A stretch of 64,000 nt of DNA from Eledone cirrhosa (GCA_964016885.1 OZ024740.1:176700001-176764000); one strand, 5' to 3'. Positions 14,893 through 28,129 are shown, counted from the first letter of the stretch. Notes: generated by a model from the sequence alone, not told the origin. Program-made: numbers and translations.

Positions 14893-14898
<6 letters not shown>

Positions 14899-15003
14899 GA
14901 GAAGAAAGAAGAATACTGCGTGGTTGCACATAGGTTACATATGATAAAATTAGTCCTTCGTCAGTGATTTGCAAACCATCATTGATATTTCATCGTATTA
15001 AAA

Positions 15004-15007
<4 letters not shown>
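14893..15007 (-). repeat. TA-flanked dispersed module, family E
   Basis: Reverse complement of 44955-45072. Confidence 0.8.
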
Positions 15008-15059
<52 letters not shown>

Positions 15060-15060
<1 letters not shown>

Positions 15061-15339
15061 GTAAGTCTGATATTTGATTTCGGATTCAAATAAACTCTTT
15101 TAACGATTGATCGTTTGATTTGTCCAGGTGTATTTTTCTCAACCTGTTTAGTTCTATCGTTACTTTGGTATATATTGTGTGTTAGATTCGCCTACCACAA
15201 TGTTCGATTTGTCAAGCTATTTAAACGTATGTTATTACTCTAAGGCCCTACCTTATCGAGTGCTTTGCTAACTTATTATTTCATATAAGTAGGCCGAATT
15301 TACTTGCAAACCGCCTGAGATTCGATTTTACTAATTTCC

Positions 15340-15342
<3 letters not shown>
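15060..15342 (+). repeat. TA-flanked dispersed module, family C
   Basis: 15165-15342 aligns with 17085-17250 (AACGTATGTT..TTACTCTAAGG..CCTTATCGAGTG..TTCGATTTTACT). Confidence 0.7.
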
Positions 15343-15377
<35 letters not shown>

Positions 15378-15380
<3 letters not shown>

Positions 15381-16350
15381 TTCAAAATATTAACAAAAAT
15401 AGACATTCGTGTGATCAAGTATATTTTATTATACATATTTCAGAGGTACTGAGCTATCTTCAACAGTACGTCCTCATCAGATAAAATAAGATGATGCATG
15501 ACATACCCTGACTTAGTAGATGGTTAAGATTCATGGTAGTGAATAAGATATGACAAAACTCAATATTTATATACCTTAAGATTGAGACATGAAAAAATTT
15601 ACATATAATAAATACAGAGGGTGCGTGTAAGAAAGCTTAAAAATACATAATAGCAATTTACATAACTGTTAGAGATTCAAATAATTTAAATTATTGAAGA
15701 AAGAAGAAAGAAAGAAGAAAGACACAGAGAAATAGATGAGGAAAAATATAGTTACTAGAAGTATAGAAAGCAAAAGAGAATTGATCAATGATAGAGAGAC
15801 AATAATTTTTATAGTATAAAGCATAGGGAGGGAGATTTGTATTGTCGTAGATGATGCAAAATATCTATATCTATATAAATACATAAATATATATTTTATA
15901 TTTAGATTGATTGATTATTTCTAGGTAATTCAAAGGTTCGAGTTTACTCTTTCACAAAGCTATGCCCAAATGTATATTTATGTATTTATATATATATATA
16001 TATATATATTTACATCATCTAATCACACCCTATTTATCCACGACAATACAAATCCCCCCCCCCCCCCGCCTATGCTTTATACTATAAAAATTCTTCCTCC
16101 TTGTCTCTCTATCATTGATCAATTCTCTTTTGCTTTCTATACTTCTAGTAACTTTATTTTTCCTCATCTATTTCTCTGTGTCTTTCTTCTTTCTTCAATA
16201 ATTTAAATTATTTGAATCTCTAACAGTTATGTAAATTGCTATTATGTATTTTTAAGCTTTCTCACACGCACCCTCTGTATTTATTATATGTAAATTTTTT
16301 CATGTCTCAATCTTAAGGTATATAAATATTGAGTTTTGTCATATCTTATT
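15378..16350 (-). mobile_element. Non-coding Penelope-like pLTR derivative with a ~310-bp inverted repeat
   Basis: 15542-15852 is inverted at 16036-16350. It carries a hammerhead whose stems I and III almost match those of the Penelope element at 22434. Confidence 0.6.
15422..15488 (-). ncRNA. Minimal type I hammerhead ribozyme (Penelope-type)
   Basis: The minus strand reads TATTTTAT CTGATGA GGACGTACTG-loop-CAGTACCTCT GAAA TATGTATA^ATAAAATA. It has an 8-bp stem I, intact core boxes, 9/10-bp stem II and a short palindromic stem III. Confidence 0.8.
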
Positions 16351-16977
16351 AAGCCGTAGTGTCTAGCAACCATCGTTGCTCGTTTGTTCAAAACTGACAA
16401 AGGAACGCTGTACTAGTTTCAAGCTTATTAGCTATCGCCAGCAACGTATACCTTCCTGCCAGATGATTGAACGTCTGATAGTATATACATATATGTATAT
16501 ACATATATGTATGTACGTATACATACTTATATTTAAGTAACAGCCGTACTAAGAGTGGGAAATGAAATTTCGTTTCATTTTTTCCGTTATTCGTTTTCGG
16601 TGCACCCGGCCGATTAACCCACTCGATATGCAAATTAGGCTGCTCAGCCGTTAATATGCATAAGGAAAGTATACGTTGCTGACAATAGCTAATAAGCTTG
16701 AAACTAGTACAACGTTCCTTTGTCAGTGTTGAACAAACGAGCAACGATGGTTGCTAGACACTACGGCTTAATACGGGATGTTTGTTTACAAACACACCGA
16801 GCATTATAATAAATGTTCGGTGAATCCATACGTACATATATATATGTGTGTGCATGTATGTATATATATATACATACTACTGTACGTCTGTATACATATA
16901 TGTATGTACGTATACATACTTATATTTAAGTAACAGCCGTACTGAGAGTGGGAAATGAAATTTCGTTTCATTTTTTC
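16347..16977. repeat. Inverted repeat (16347-16459 / 16662-16773) interleaved with a direct repeat (16490-16582 / 16890-16977)
   Basis: Direct sequence comparison. Confidence 0.85.
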
Positions 16978-17291
16978 AATTTATATATATATATATATAT
17001 ATACACGCATAAGATTACAAGAAAAGGCAGAATCACTTCGTATATATATTATATTATCTAACCTGAACGTATTTCCGTTGGTTTGGTATATTATGTGGCT
17101 AGGTCCGCTTGCCGCAATTTTCAATTTGTCATGCTATCTAACGTATGTTAATTACTCTAAGGTGATACACCCTTATCGAGTGTTTTGCACAAATCTAATT
17201 GTACCTCGTTAGCTTGGCCACCGCCAAAACTTCGATTTTACTCACCTTCCATATGTGTATATATCTGTATATATGTGTGTATATATCTGTA

Positions 17292-17369
<78 letters not shown>

Positions 17370-17891
17370 CGTATATAAACGAAGTGCTTCTGTATATTCC
17401 TTCGACAAAATACTACTAAGGATGGCACACGTAAACTCGAATCTAGAATAACAAAAAACATTTTTTTTCGAAGGTCTCACGCCTATGAGTGTAAATATAA
17501 GATACAGAGCGCTACAGTATTGTTGTTGCTGAATGTATGTATATATGTATATATATATTTATATATCTTTCTGCGTCTGTGTGCGTATGCGTGTATGTGT
17601 ACGTATGTGTGTATGTGTTTGTTTGAATAGGTTACAGCACACACATGGCGCCTGTGTTGTGTCTAATGGTAGTATGGGACGTCTCCGTTTTTCATCAACG
17701 TACTGTTATTAGACACCATACATAACTAATATACTGTGGGTAGAAGAGGTGCTCCAAGTTTACACAATGTGTTTCAATATCATTACGGGTGCTTTGGTAC
17801 ACTTTACATAGCTAATATGTATGTAAGGAGGAAATATAAAAATGAAATGTAAGACCATCACAACACCACCTTTGTTCAGTAAATCAAATTG

Positions 17892-17954
<63 letters not shown>

Positions 17955-18709
17955 TGTGTGTGTGCTCGCGCGCGCGTATGACTTGCTAATAAATAGCGTA
18001 CTTTCGCTAAGTGTTTTAGGTGCCTATACAGTCGGGAGCAGGCACAGACATCTTGAACCTCCCTCACACGATCCAGCGGAACACCAAGAATGTGACAGTT
18101 GGGGTAGAGACGGTTGTACCAATACTTGACTGATACTTCCTTTATCGAACTCGTAAGGATCAAAGGCAAAGGAAACCTCAGTGGGGAGTAATTAGAACTC
18201 ACAGTGGAAAAATCAGAACATATATTTAACGCCATAACGAGAATTAGATACCTTTATTAAATTCAGATGGTTGGCATGGAATCACAAAACTATCCGACAC
18301 TGGTCACTCTGAAAATACAATTTAGAATAACTTGCTAATCAATGCATTTTGTTATCCGAGGCAAACCAAAAAGAAACGACAAATAAAAGGATAAATAAAA
18401 CAGAAACAGTTGACAACACTTTGGTATTTCATATATAAATTCTACAAAATAATGTACCAGTGTATTGACTCCTTAATCAATCACATTTATAACTAATGTA
18501 CTGTGGGTAGAAAAGATGCTTCCCAAGCTTATATGTAAAAATCAGAATTGATTCAGTTTGAAACTGGCTAGATCATTACTCAACAGAGTACTCGATACTT
18601 GGAGTAGTAGAGTATAGTTATTTAATAGAGTCAGAAACTAACTGTTGAAACAGCAAGAGCTCATTTGTCGGGTCCCGACTCTTTATAATATATATATATA
18701 TATATATAT

Positions 18710-19032
18710 AGAATGGAAAACGAAAAATCAGTGATACACCGGAACCCAATTTATTGTGTGTTACAATTGTTTCTCCGGCGAACAGCTCGAGGTGCGATTT
18801 GTGTGTGGATCTACCTGATTCTGGACTCGCAGGTTGCTCGGACACGTCTATTGATTTCGGAGCATATCCTCGTTCTGGGGTTTCTGACCCTACGGGTCTA
18901 TATCGTCCACCTTCATCCGCTTTGCGCGTCCTTGGGTTGGTCATTAGTTAGTGACGTCATCATTATTCTGACCACTGGTAGCAGCCCGCTAACCATCAGG
19001 GCGTGAGCTGTCACTCACCCATTGTCCCGTCG
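18710..19032. mobile_element. Family A relative, single-arm (non-palindromic) form
   Basis: 18710-18870 matches one arm plus the loop of family A in reverse, then continues into unrelated GC-richer sequence up to a TA run. Confidence 0.7.
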
Positions 19033-20891
19033 TATATGTGTATATATAAGTATATATGTATAGTTTCCTTTAATCGATGCCCCCCCCCTCCCACATCTAA
19101 GATATTTCTGGCTTTCTCCCAAAAGTACCGATCAAATCAATTTGAACTAATTTACAGCTTAATGGACAATGAACAGAACAATTTAATAGGTGGAAAGGAA
19201 CGGGCAACGACCTTAATTATACAATTTCAATTCTGGAAAGGTCTGATAATAATATAGAGCAGTTTTATAAATAAATATTGACATACCCTTAAAGAATGCA
19301 ACCATTACTGTTGGAAGTTCCCGGATAGTGGGGTTATAACTTTATTTATACTATTATGTAAATTAGTATTGGATATTTTAAAATAAGCCGTTGGGTTACG
19401 GAGAAAGAGAAGGAGAGAGAGAGAGAAGAAGGAAAGAGGGAAAAAAAAGAAAAAAGAGAGAGAAAGGAGAAAGAGAAGAGAGAGCGAAGAGAGAGCGAAA
19501 ACTCTAAGTGATAGGTTGTTGAGTTATCTTAACATTTGAGATGAAGTGAAAGAATAAATAAATATTTATTTTTTATGGATGAATAGAGAGATGTAAATAA
19601 TCGTGAATGGAAAATACATATATAATATGAGAATTTTAACCATTGTTTAAATATGACTAAATGTTTAGTTTATCATTTAAATTATTGAGATCTCTACATT
19701 AAAAATTGAGATCTATATATTAAAAAATCTATATATTATTAGAAGAATATATTCATATATATATACACACGCAGGCACAGATATACATACATATAAATAT
19801 ATATACACGTATAAATACATATATCTACGTACATAATATATACATACAAAATATAAAGGATTTTTTAATTTAAGATATAGGAATTTTTCTTAACCTTATA
19901 GATTTTTCGTAGAAAATCTTATAAAATCAGAGAAAAACATTTCTATGTAATACCAAAGCAGCGTGGAGGAAATTACGTTATTTAGTTATATAAATGTTAC
20001 AATTGTTAAGATATTAAAGGAAATTTTATGTTATACACACTTTATGTTATTATACACATTTTTTTTATATATATAAGTTTTATATCTAATAAAACTACCT
20101 GTTATGTAGTTATGACAGTTATTATATAGGTTTATTTATCTCGAACCTTAAGATAATCATTATAAACAAGTGCAATCGAATTGTATGCATATAGACATAT
20201 ATATACACAATTCCCACATATATACAGATAGACGTACCTAAACATATAAGTAGATATGCATCACACATATATATATACACATACATATACACACATAAAT
20301 ATATGTATATGCATATAAATACATACATATATATATACACACATATAGAGATAGATAGATATATAAATACAGTACATAGTATAATTGATGTACATAAAAT
20401 ACATAATATAAAATAAAAAAAAATAAAATAAAAATAAATAAAAAATAAATAAAATAAAATTAAAAAAAATGAAAAAAAAAGAAAAAAAAAATTATATTAC
20501 GATTTGGAAATATAATTATAAGCAATATAACTTTAAATCAATATAATTTTAAAAATATTATAGAATATTTCAAGTTATAATTTTAAAATAATAATATGTT
20601 TAATAAATTTAGTATAACATTTTCTTCGTATATTTAACTTAATTTTATATCCATAAGAGAAAGAAAAAGGAACTTTCAAAAGAGAAACTTTCGAAAAATA
20701 GGAGAAACTATCAAATAATATTTTCCCCTTTTAAGAGCTTTCAGTATGTTTCTCTAGAAGAGTTTTTTTATATTTATTTATATTTAGGAAGAAAAATGTT
20801 TTACTTGAGAGTTTAAGCAGTCAAAGTGAAGGAATCTAATGATTTATCGATAGGTTCAATATATTAATAGAATTAATTAATTAATTATATA

Positions 20892-22305
20892 TTATATTTT
20901 AAATTTATATTTAAACGTTGAGCTCAATCTATGTCTGCAGCAGCTGAATAAATTGTTCCTTAGGTTTAGGGAATTTTTGGTCTTTAATATAAAGAATATT
21001 TGCTCTATACAAAGATCACAATTTTCAGAAGAGGAGTTAAAAGGAGTAGCTTTTGAAATAATATTCCAAAGCAACGAATATTCAACGTTCTTTAGCTTGA
21101 GGTCCCATAATAAGCTCGATAGAGAAGTTGAAGATTTTTTGTTTGGATTCGTAAAATAATTTTCATGATTATTGAAACGGGATTTAAACTCTGTGGAAGT
21201 GGATCCCACATAATTAAATGAATTTAAATTAGTTTTTACATTAAAATTATATACTATATTTTTAGCTAATCAATTGTTATTTAACGGACAGTTAGATTTA
21301 TTTCTACAGTTACATTTATCAAATTGGATATTGCTTGGGTTATTAGTGGTATTTTGGTTAGGTTTTAAATTTCTAATATTAATTCTTTTAATATTTTGCG
21401 CTAAATTTTTGGTGGAAGAACAAATTAAGTTTATAGTATGTCTATTAAAATTGAGTAATATCTATGTCTTCTAGGGAAGCATTTGTCAAGAGCTTTAAAC
21501 AATAGTTTAGCAATAGGGGTTTTAATATTTAATGAGAAAGGAGGAGCGAACCATAATATATTCCTAGTTCTATTTCTTTTTTTGTTTTCAGAATTATTGT
21601 AAGGTTTTCTATTATAGTTGTTAAAATTGTTAAAATAGTTAAAATTGTTAAGATTATGGATAGTTGTTATATTATTGTTATCAATGTATTTAATTGTATT
21701 TCTATACCCAGCTCTACCTAACGCTTCTTTGTAATAATGTGCTTTTTCATCAAATATATTCTTATTAGCTGAAATTCTCGAAATGCGTTGCTGTACAGAG
21801 TTCACTATAGTATTTTTAACGGATCTGGGGTGATTAGAGTTAAAATTGACGTAGTTTAAGTTCTCATTTAGTTTGTGAAATGGATTAAGAAGACATGTGT
21901 TAAGGTTTAGTGTTACATCTAGAAAGTTAACTATTTTATGGTTATTCTCTATTTCTACTTTTAGATTAAGGTAATTAAACAATTGTATAATTTGTTTTCT
22001 TTTTCTATTTAGTTCACAGTTATTATTTTCTATAAGTAAAAGCATGTCGTCACGATATAAACCTCCGGTCAACTCAGGTATTTTCCTATGCAGAGAATTA
22101 TTTATAAAGAGGCTCACAAGATCCGTTACCTGAGCGGAATCGGATGATCCCATAGTTATATCAAAGGTATTATTTCTATCTGCCCTAGTCCAGAGTTGGT
22201 TATTAAATTCTATTAATGTTTTCCGTGCCGATAATATAATGTGCATTTCATTGCTAGTTAAGTCTGTATGTTTAAATGCATAAGTTAGTGCTTTATTCAG
22301 TAGAT
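20892..22305 (-). pseudogene. Penelope RT-GIY-YIG polyprotein, disrupted (frameshift near 21450, in-frame TGA at 21270-21272)
   Basis: Motifs FDITMGSSDSAQVTDLV, GGLYRDD, VNFLDVTLNL, SNHP, WFAPPF, CNCRNKSNCPLNNN*L, NIVY...YVGST...FKSRFNNH, CDLC, CCRHR. Confidence 0.9.
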
Positions 22306-22433
22306 ATTTAAAAATATCCAATACTAATTTACATAATAGTATAAATAAAGTTATATATCCGGTAGCTTCCAACAGTAATGGTTGCATTCTTTAAGGGTAT
22401 GTCAATATTTATTTATAAAACTGCTCTATATTA

Positions 22434-22498
22434 TATTTTATCTGATGAAAGCAGACCATAATTTAACTTGGTGTCCTTGAAATATGTATAATGAAATA
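22434..22498 (+). ncRNA. Minimal type I hammerhead ribozyme in the Penelope pseudo-LTR
   Basis: TATTTTAT CTGATGA AAG..ACCA-loop-TGGT..CTT GAAA TATGTATA^ATGAAATA. Stem I is 8 bp with one G-U, stem II has two mismatches, and predicted cleavage is after 22490. Confidence 0.75.
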
Positions 22499-22625
22499 AA
22501 TATGGTTTTATAAATATAGTCTCCATTTGTTAATATCGTATTTTCACTCCAATTATTTGTTGAGTGCTTTATATCAGTTATAAAAATATTTGGTTGTTGT
22601 ATCCCAACAATTTAAATAGTACTTT

Positions 22626-22718
<93 letters not shown>

Positions 22719-23159
22719 CCAAGAACACGCTCAAGCAACAGCATTAAGCAAATATTAACAAGACATGAATACAGCATACACACGGATGATTAAACAATTG
22801 TCGATGACCTGTCCTTTTGATGACGTCCTTCGCTCCTTTCTCCATCTCCTTTCCCTATCTTTTTCTTTGTCTACCTCCATCTATCTTTATTTTACATATT
22901 TATTTGTCAGACATGATATCGTCTCCGCCTATGACGAGAATGAAGGACGTCTCATTTATCTCGGCATGACTGACTACACATGAATGAGGGATTTTATTTT
23001 ACCCCTGGTACTTCTGCTACTGCCGCTGTTTACTTATGCTGTTATTAATACCACAGCATGCCATAAGTATCCAAAACACAACTCCCTCTACTACTACTAC
23101 TCCTACTCCTATCTACTGCTATTACTACTGCTGCTGCTGCTGCTACCACTACTACTCAT

Positions 23160-23378
23160 AGTGATTTCTAGTATAGGCACAAGGCCAGTCATTTGGGAGG
23201 GGGGAGTCGATTAAATCGATTCCAGTACGTTACTGGTACTTTATTTTATCGACCTCGTAAGGATGAAGGGCAAAGTTAACCTCGGCGGGATTTGAACTCG
23301 GACCGGAAAGGGCCGTAACTCTATGCTGCAAATCCTGTTGTCCGACCCTCTACTAATACTGCCAATTCATCTCCTTCA
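23160..23378 (-). mobile_element. tRNA-derived SINE, long-tail variant
   Basis: Reverse-complement head and core with an extra TCGATTTAATCGACTCCCCC segment. Confidence 0.85.
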
Positions 23379-23399
23379 TAATTAATATTATTATAGAGC

Positions 23400-24392
23400 A
23401 TCACTTGTTTTCCTTATCCTGAGTGGAATTTCATTATCAAGATTGCTGTATCGATTGACAGTGCTTTCCAGGTAGACAAATTGATCAACCACTCCAAGTC
23501 GTTTACCATACACATAGATATTTGATTCATTGTACTACTTACCAGAGCAGGTTGATACATGACAACGGTTTTCTTGAGACTGACAGTCAATCCTAGGGCA
23601 GCGCAAGCATCAGAAAATGTATTCAAAATGTGTTGCATATCATCTCTGTGTGCGTGACGAGATCGCAATCATCTGCATACAAAATGTCTATTATGATAGA
23701 GGTAAATACTTTTGTTTTTGGAGCAAAGCGCCTGATGTTAAATATGCTGCCAGAGATTCGATAGTACATGTAAACATCATGCTTGCAATTCCTGAATGCA
23801 ATATAGAAAACCATCACAAAGAATATGGCAAATAGGGTCGGTGCTGGAATATCTCCGTTTCACTCCATTTTTCACTGAGATAGGCTCCGACATCTTACCC
23901 AACCTTAACCCAAGCCTTCATGGAAAGACCTAATCAAACGAATGAACTTATCAGGGCAACCGAGTTTCTGGAGAACCTTCCACAATGCATTTCTGTTAAC
24001 AGTATCGAAAGCTTTTGTCAGATCAACAAAAACCTGATACAGGGCCAGACCCTATTCCACGCATTTCTCCTGAAGCTATCTAGCTGAGAAGATCGTATCA
24101 GTAGTGCCCAGAAAACCAGATTGAATTTCAGGAAGAATACAATCTGCTACGTATGTCTGCAGACGGTCCAGAAGCACCCTACATAAAAATGTTCCTACGA
24201 CAGAAAGCAATGATGTACCCCTATAGTTTTCACAATAATTCTTGTTACCCTTTCCCTTGTACAAGACTTCCATTACTGCATCTCTGCAGTGCCCAGGTAC
24301 GGATTTACTAGCCCATATCCTGTCAAACAAAGCGTGAAGATGTCGCAGAAGTTTCTCACCACCATATTGTAAGAGCTCTGCATGTATGCCAT
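23400..24392 (-). mobile_element. RTE-clade LINE reverse-transcriptase fragment (decayed)
   Basis: GIHAELLQYGG...LYKGKG...NYRGTSLLS...QSGF...DTIFSAR, FVDLTKAFDTV, LYADD, LGLTVSLKKT, with several frameshifts. Confidence 0.9.
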
Positions 24393-24529
24393 ACATTCAT
24401 ACATACATACAAACATACATCCATATACTGGTTGTCTACTCAATATAAAGTTGACTACTCCAATGTACATTATGCTCAGTTCTGGCATGAGATCTTATGT
24501 AGCTTATTAGACAAGACATACTTTTAAAA

Positions 24530-25500
24530 AGCAGTCCGCATAAATTGCTTATTAATTTTGGTGCAGCTTGGACTGTCTATGTATCTTGTGGAACCTTGAA
24601 ATATCTGTTTAGACCTCCCTGAGATTTGTAGATCTTGTGGCATATGTGGCATTTATAACGGTGACCTGGGTTGTATACTCTCTAGTCAGTAACGAGAGCC
24701 CTACGGTGTGTTCTTATTTCAGATTGAAGCCCAGCGTCTTATAGGCCAATTTTGCTACAATCTTTCCAATTAGAGAAAGTTCTATTAATTTCATGTTTTT
24801 TAAAAATATATATTCCTCATAATATTTACTTGCATAAGCCTGTTTTGCTCAAATGTTTTCACAACATTCCATGATTTTGAACGCTAGGTAGTGTGATCCA
24901 ATTCGAGACTTTCCAGGTTTCTGAGATAATTTCTACATTCTTCAAGTTCTCCTTCAATGCATCCTTAAATCCTTCCTTTGGCTTAGGCTGTTTTCTTTTT
25001 TTTTCCTCGGCAAGTTCCCTATAATAGAGTTGCTTATGGATAAGCTCGTTAGCCATTGGTTTTCCAAAATTATTGCCTGGATGGAAGAAATACCAGATGC
25101 AGCCTGAAGGTCAGAGCCAGGAGTCAATTAATTCCATTTTATTTCAAGAATATGCCGTAAACGTTTTTGATGGAATCGTCCTCTGAGTCTAAAGTGTCAT
25201 TTGTAACCCACCCAAGATGCAGAAGAGTTTAGACGAGATGATAAACTGATATTTTTGTTTTATGTGTCTTTGTGACCAAATCCACGACTCTAAACTACCA
25301 AATGATTTCGCTGCCTTTTGAATATTTAGAAATATTTCTGAATCCAATGTTCCATTTTTATTCACTATTCCCAGGGTATGTGAAAGATTCAACAACCTTA
25401 AGATTTCTTTTCCCATGTATGTTAGTTGCTGCACAACTTGTCCAGGTGCAAGTTGACATGAAACTATCAGCTTTTTTTTTCAAATTGAAAACATGACTGT
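24530..25500 (-). mobile_element. Old RTE-clade LINE 3' fragment with a C-terminal C2H2-like motif
   Basis: IQKAAKSFGSL, KQLYYREL...KPKEGFKDALKENLK, HICHKIYKSQGGL. Confidence 0.7.
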
Positions 25501-26233
25501 GCCTCAGGTTGATCATTTTTCTGAAGTACTTTCTGTATTTCCTTAATAGTTCTTTACTTTATATAAAGAATCAGGAAATAATTCTGTCCAATGTGGCTTG
25601 GGCTGGGGAAAGTAATAGGACATTTATGAGGTTTGTGTAGCTGAAAAAACATAAGAAAGCTTGACCTATTAGCGATATAGTGGGTTTTAGTAAAATCTGA
25701 TCTATAATTATTTTATCATATTTAGTAAAGTTGGTGACATACGATCGCCAGTGAAGTGTAGAAGGTCATAAAGACAATTACTTCGCCGTGCCGAGACAGA
25801 CTCACATACACACATGCATAATTCGGCGTTGACAGATTGATATGGCGGGTTTGGGTTGCTATAGTGAAAATAAAAATTATACTTCATTGTTTTTTAGGAA
25901 GACGGTGAGATTGATCTCGAATATCGGCACAGGAAAAACGTGGTTACGTAACCACTATTTGCTGCTCGATCATTTGATTTACCATGATCAATATGAAACG
26001 ATCGTAAAACCGTAAAGTATTCTTAACAAACTATATCTGACTTTTATATATTCAAAGATACCTTATGTGACCGGTTCCTACCCTCAAAACTAAAGCGGTG
26101 GTAGTATTACCATGATCAATCGACCACTACAGCGCTGCATTGAGTTCTATTAACATTATCTGCCCCACCTTAGATAGGTGAATTACAATTGTACAATTGT
26201 ATGCATGTATGTATATATATATATATGTGTATG

Positions 26234-26271
<38 letters not shown>

Positions 26272-26913
26272 CGTGCGCGTGTGTGTGTGGGTGTGCGTGT
26301 GCGTGCGTGTGTGTGTGCGCATGTGTGTGTGTGTGTGTGTATGTGTGTGTCTGACTGTCCGTCTGACTGTGTATGTATATATATGTGCTTCTTGTTTGTT
26401 TGTGCCTCGTAAATTATATATATTATATATTCACCCATTGTGAATAACGACTTTATCTCTTAACACCACCTACTTTTAGCTTATTCATAGCTTTGCACAT
26501 TCCTTTTATTTTTCTTGTTCTTCCAATCTACATTTTGACAATTAGATATATCAACTTTTATAAACCTTACTCTATTAGCTCTGATAAAGTTTTTTTGTGA
26601 ATTATAAGCATTTAAATTTCTAAAATTAACGGAAAAATATAAAGCATTCTGCTTTCTCCATTATTGAATACATTACATCAACTATAGTCTCTATATCTAT
26701 ATAAATAAACACATACATACACACCCAAAATAGATAGATTAGGTAGATAGATAGACATGTCTGGTATATAGATGTACACATACATATATACACACACATA
26801 CACACACAGAAACAAACACACACACATACATATATACGTATATATAGAAAGAGAGAGCGAGTGAAAGAGAGAGTTAGATAAATCTAACTTCAATTATTTT
26901 CACTATGTATGTG

Positions 26914-26944
<31 letters not shown>

Positions 26945-26981
26945 GGGGCAGAGAGAGAGAGAGATAGAGAGAGAGAGAGGG

Positions 26982-27024
<43 letters not shown>

Positions 27025-27480
27025 AGATAGATAGATAGATAGATAGCCCGCTAGATAGATACAAAAATGAAAAGAAAGCACGAGGGATAGAACGGGAATA
27101 TATAATGAAATATACGCCCCTAGCTAATAATTATAAAAATAAAATGAACGTTTCATTTATTGTACGCCATTTTCTCGCATGATTACATTTTAACCAATAG
27201 CTAGCGATCATACAGCATTTATAACATTAAACACACGTGTGGGCTTTTTCTTTTGTGCGCGCCTCCGTGTATGCGTGTGGGCGGTGTCTTTTTGGTGTGT
27301 GTGTTTTTTCATGTGCATATATGTGTGTGCGCGTGTGTTTAACATTGCTTCAAATAAAACATCATGAAAGCACTTAACATCAATCCATCTATCTATCTCC
27401 CCCCCCTCTCTCTACACACACACACACACACAAGATATATATATGCATATCTATATATATATATGTCTGCATGTATAATT

Positions 27481-27516
<36 letters not shown>

Positions 27517-27581
27517 CTATCACATATGTATGTACGTATCTATGTCTGTACTACGTATGTTTGTATGTATGTATTTATATA

Positions 27582-27772
27582 TTAATTGTTTCTACTTTTG
27601 GCACAAGGCCAGAAATTACCCAATGCATTACTGGTACTTTATTTTATCGACCCCGTAAGGATGAAAGGCAAAGTTAACCTCGGCGGGATTTGAACTCAGA
27701 TTGGAAAGGGCTGTAACTCTATGCATCAAAGTATGGCGTCCGAACCTCTACCGATACTGCCAATCCACCACC
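27582..27772 (-). mobile_element. tRNA-derived SINE, full length
   Basis: Reverse complement of the 2201-type sequence. Confidence 0.9.
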
Positions 27773-28129
27773 CTGTGTATGTATTTATATATTAATGAGT
27801 GTACAGAAGTGTTCTAGAAACTCACGACAACGTAAGTTGGAAATAAAAGAGTGAAATAAAAAAAGGAAATGTTCATATTCTTCCCTTCAAAAGCGTATAT
27901 CACACGGAAATTAAGACAATTTTTAGCTGTGATTTGCATATATATATGAAGGGACGTGCGTAGATATGCAGTGTTACATTATCTCATTTGTGTAGCGCAA
28001 CAATTGTCTACTGTTGATAGTGATTTAATTTTTTAATGCAAAGGACCTCTTTAGTCTCCAAAGAGATAGAATATAGAGCTTGCTGACTCTGGAAATTTCG
28101 TGGGAAAAATGCCTGTTTTCGGAGTCCAC

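Larger units (their letters stand above)
19180..22570 (-). mobile_element. Penelope-like retroelement (Naiad-type), 5'-truncated, with inverted pseudo-LTR
   Basis: RT followed by a C-terminal GIY-YIG on the minus strand. 19250-19386 is inverted at 22305-22433, and the inverted copy leads into a hammerhead. Boundaries are approximate. Confidence 0.85.

Noticed and set aside
25830-27210. YY1-like (ATATGGCG, CGCCATTTT), X-box-like (GTTGCTATAGTGA) and CCAAT motifs as a promoter
   Set aside because: Short motifs with no associated exon or gene evidence in the window.
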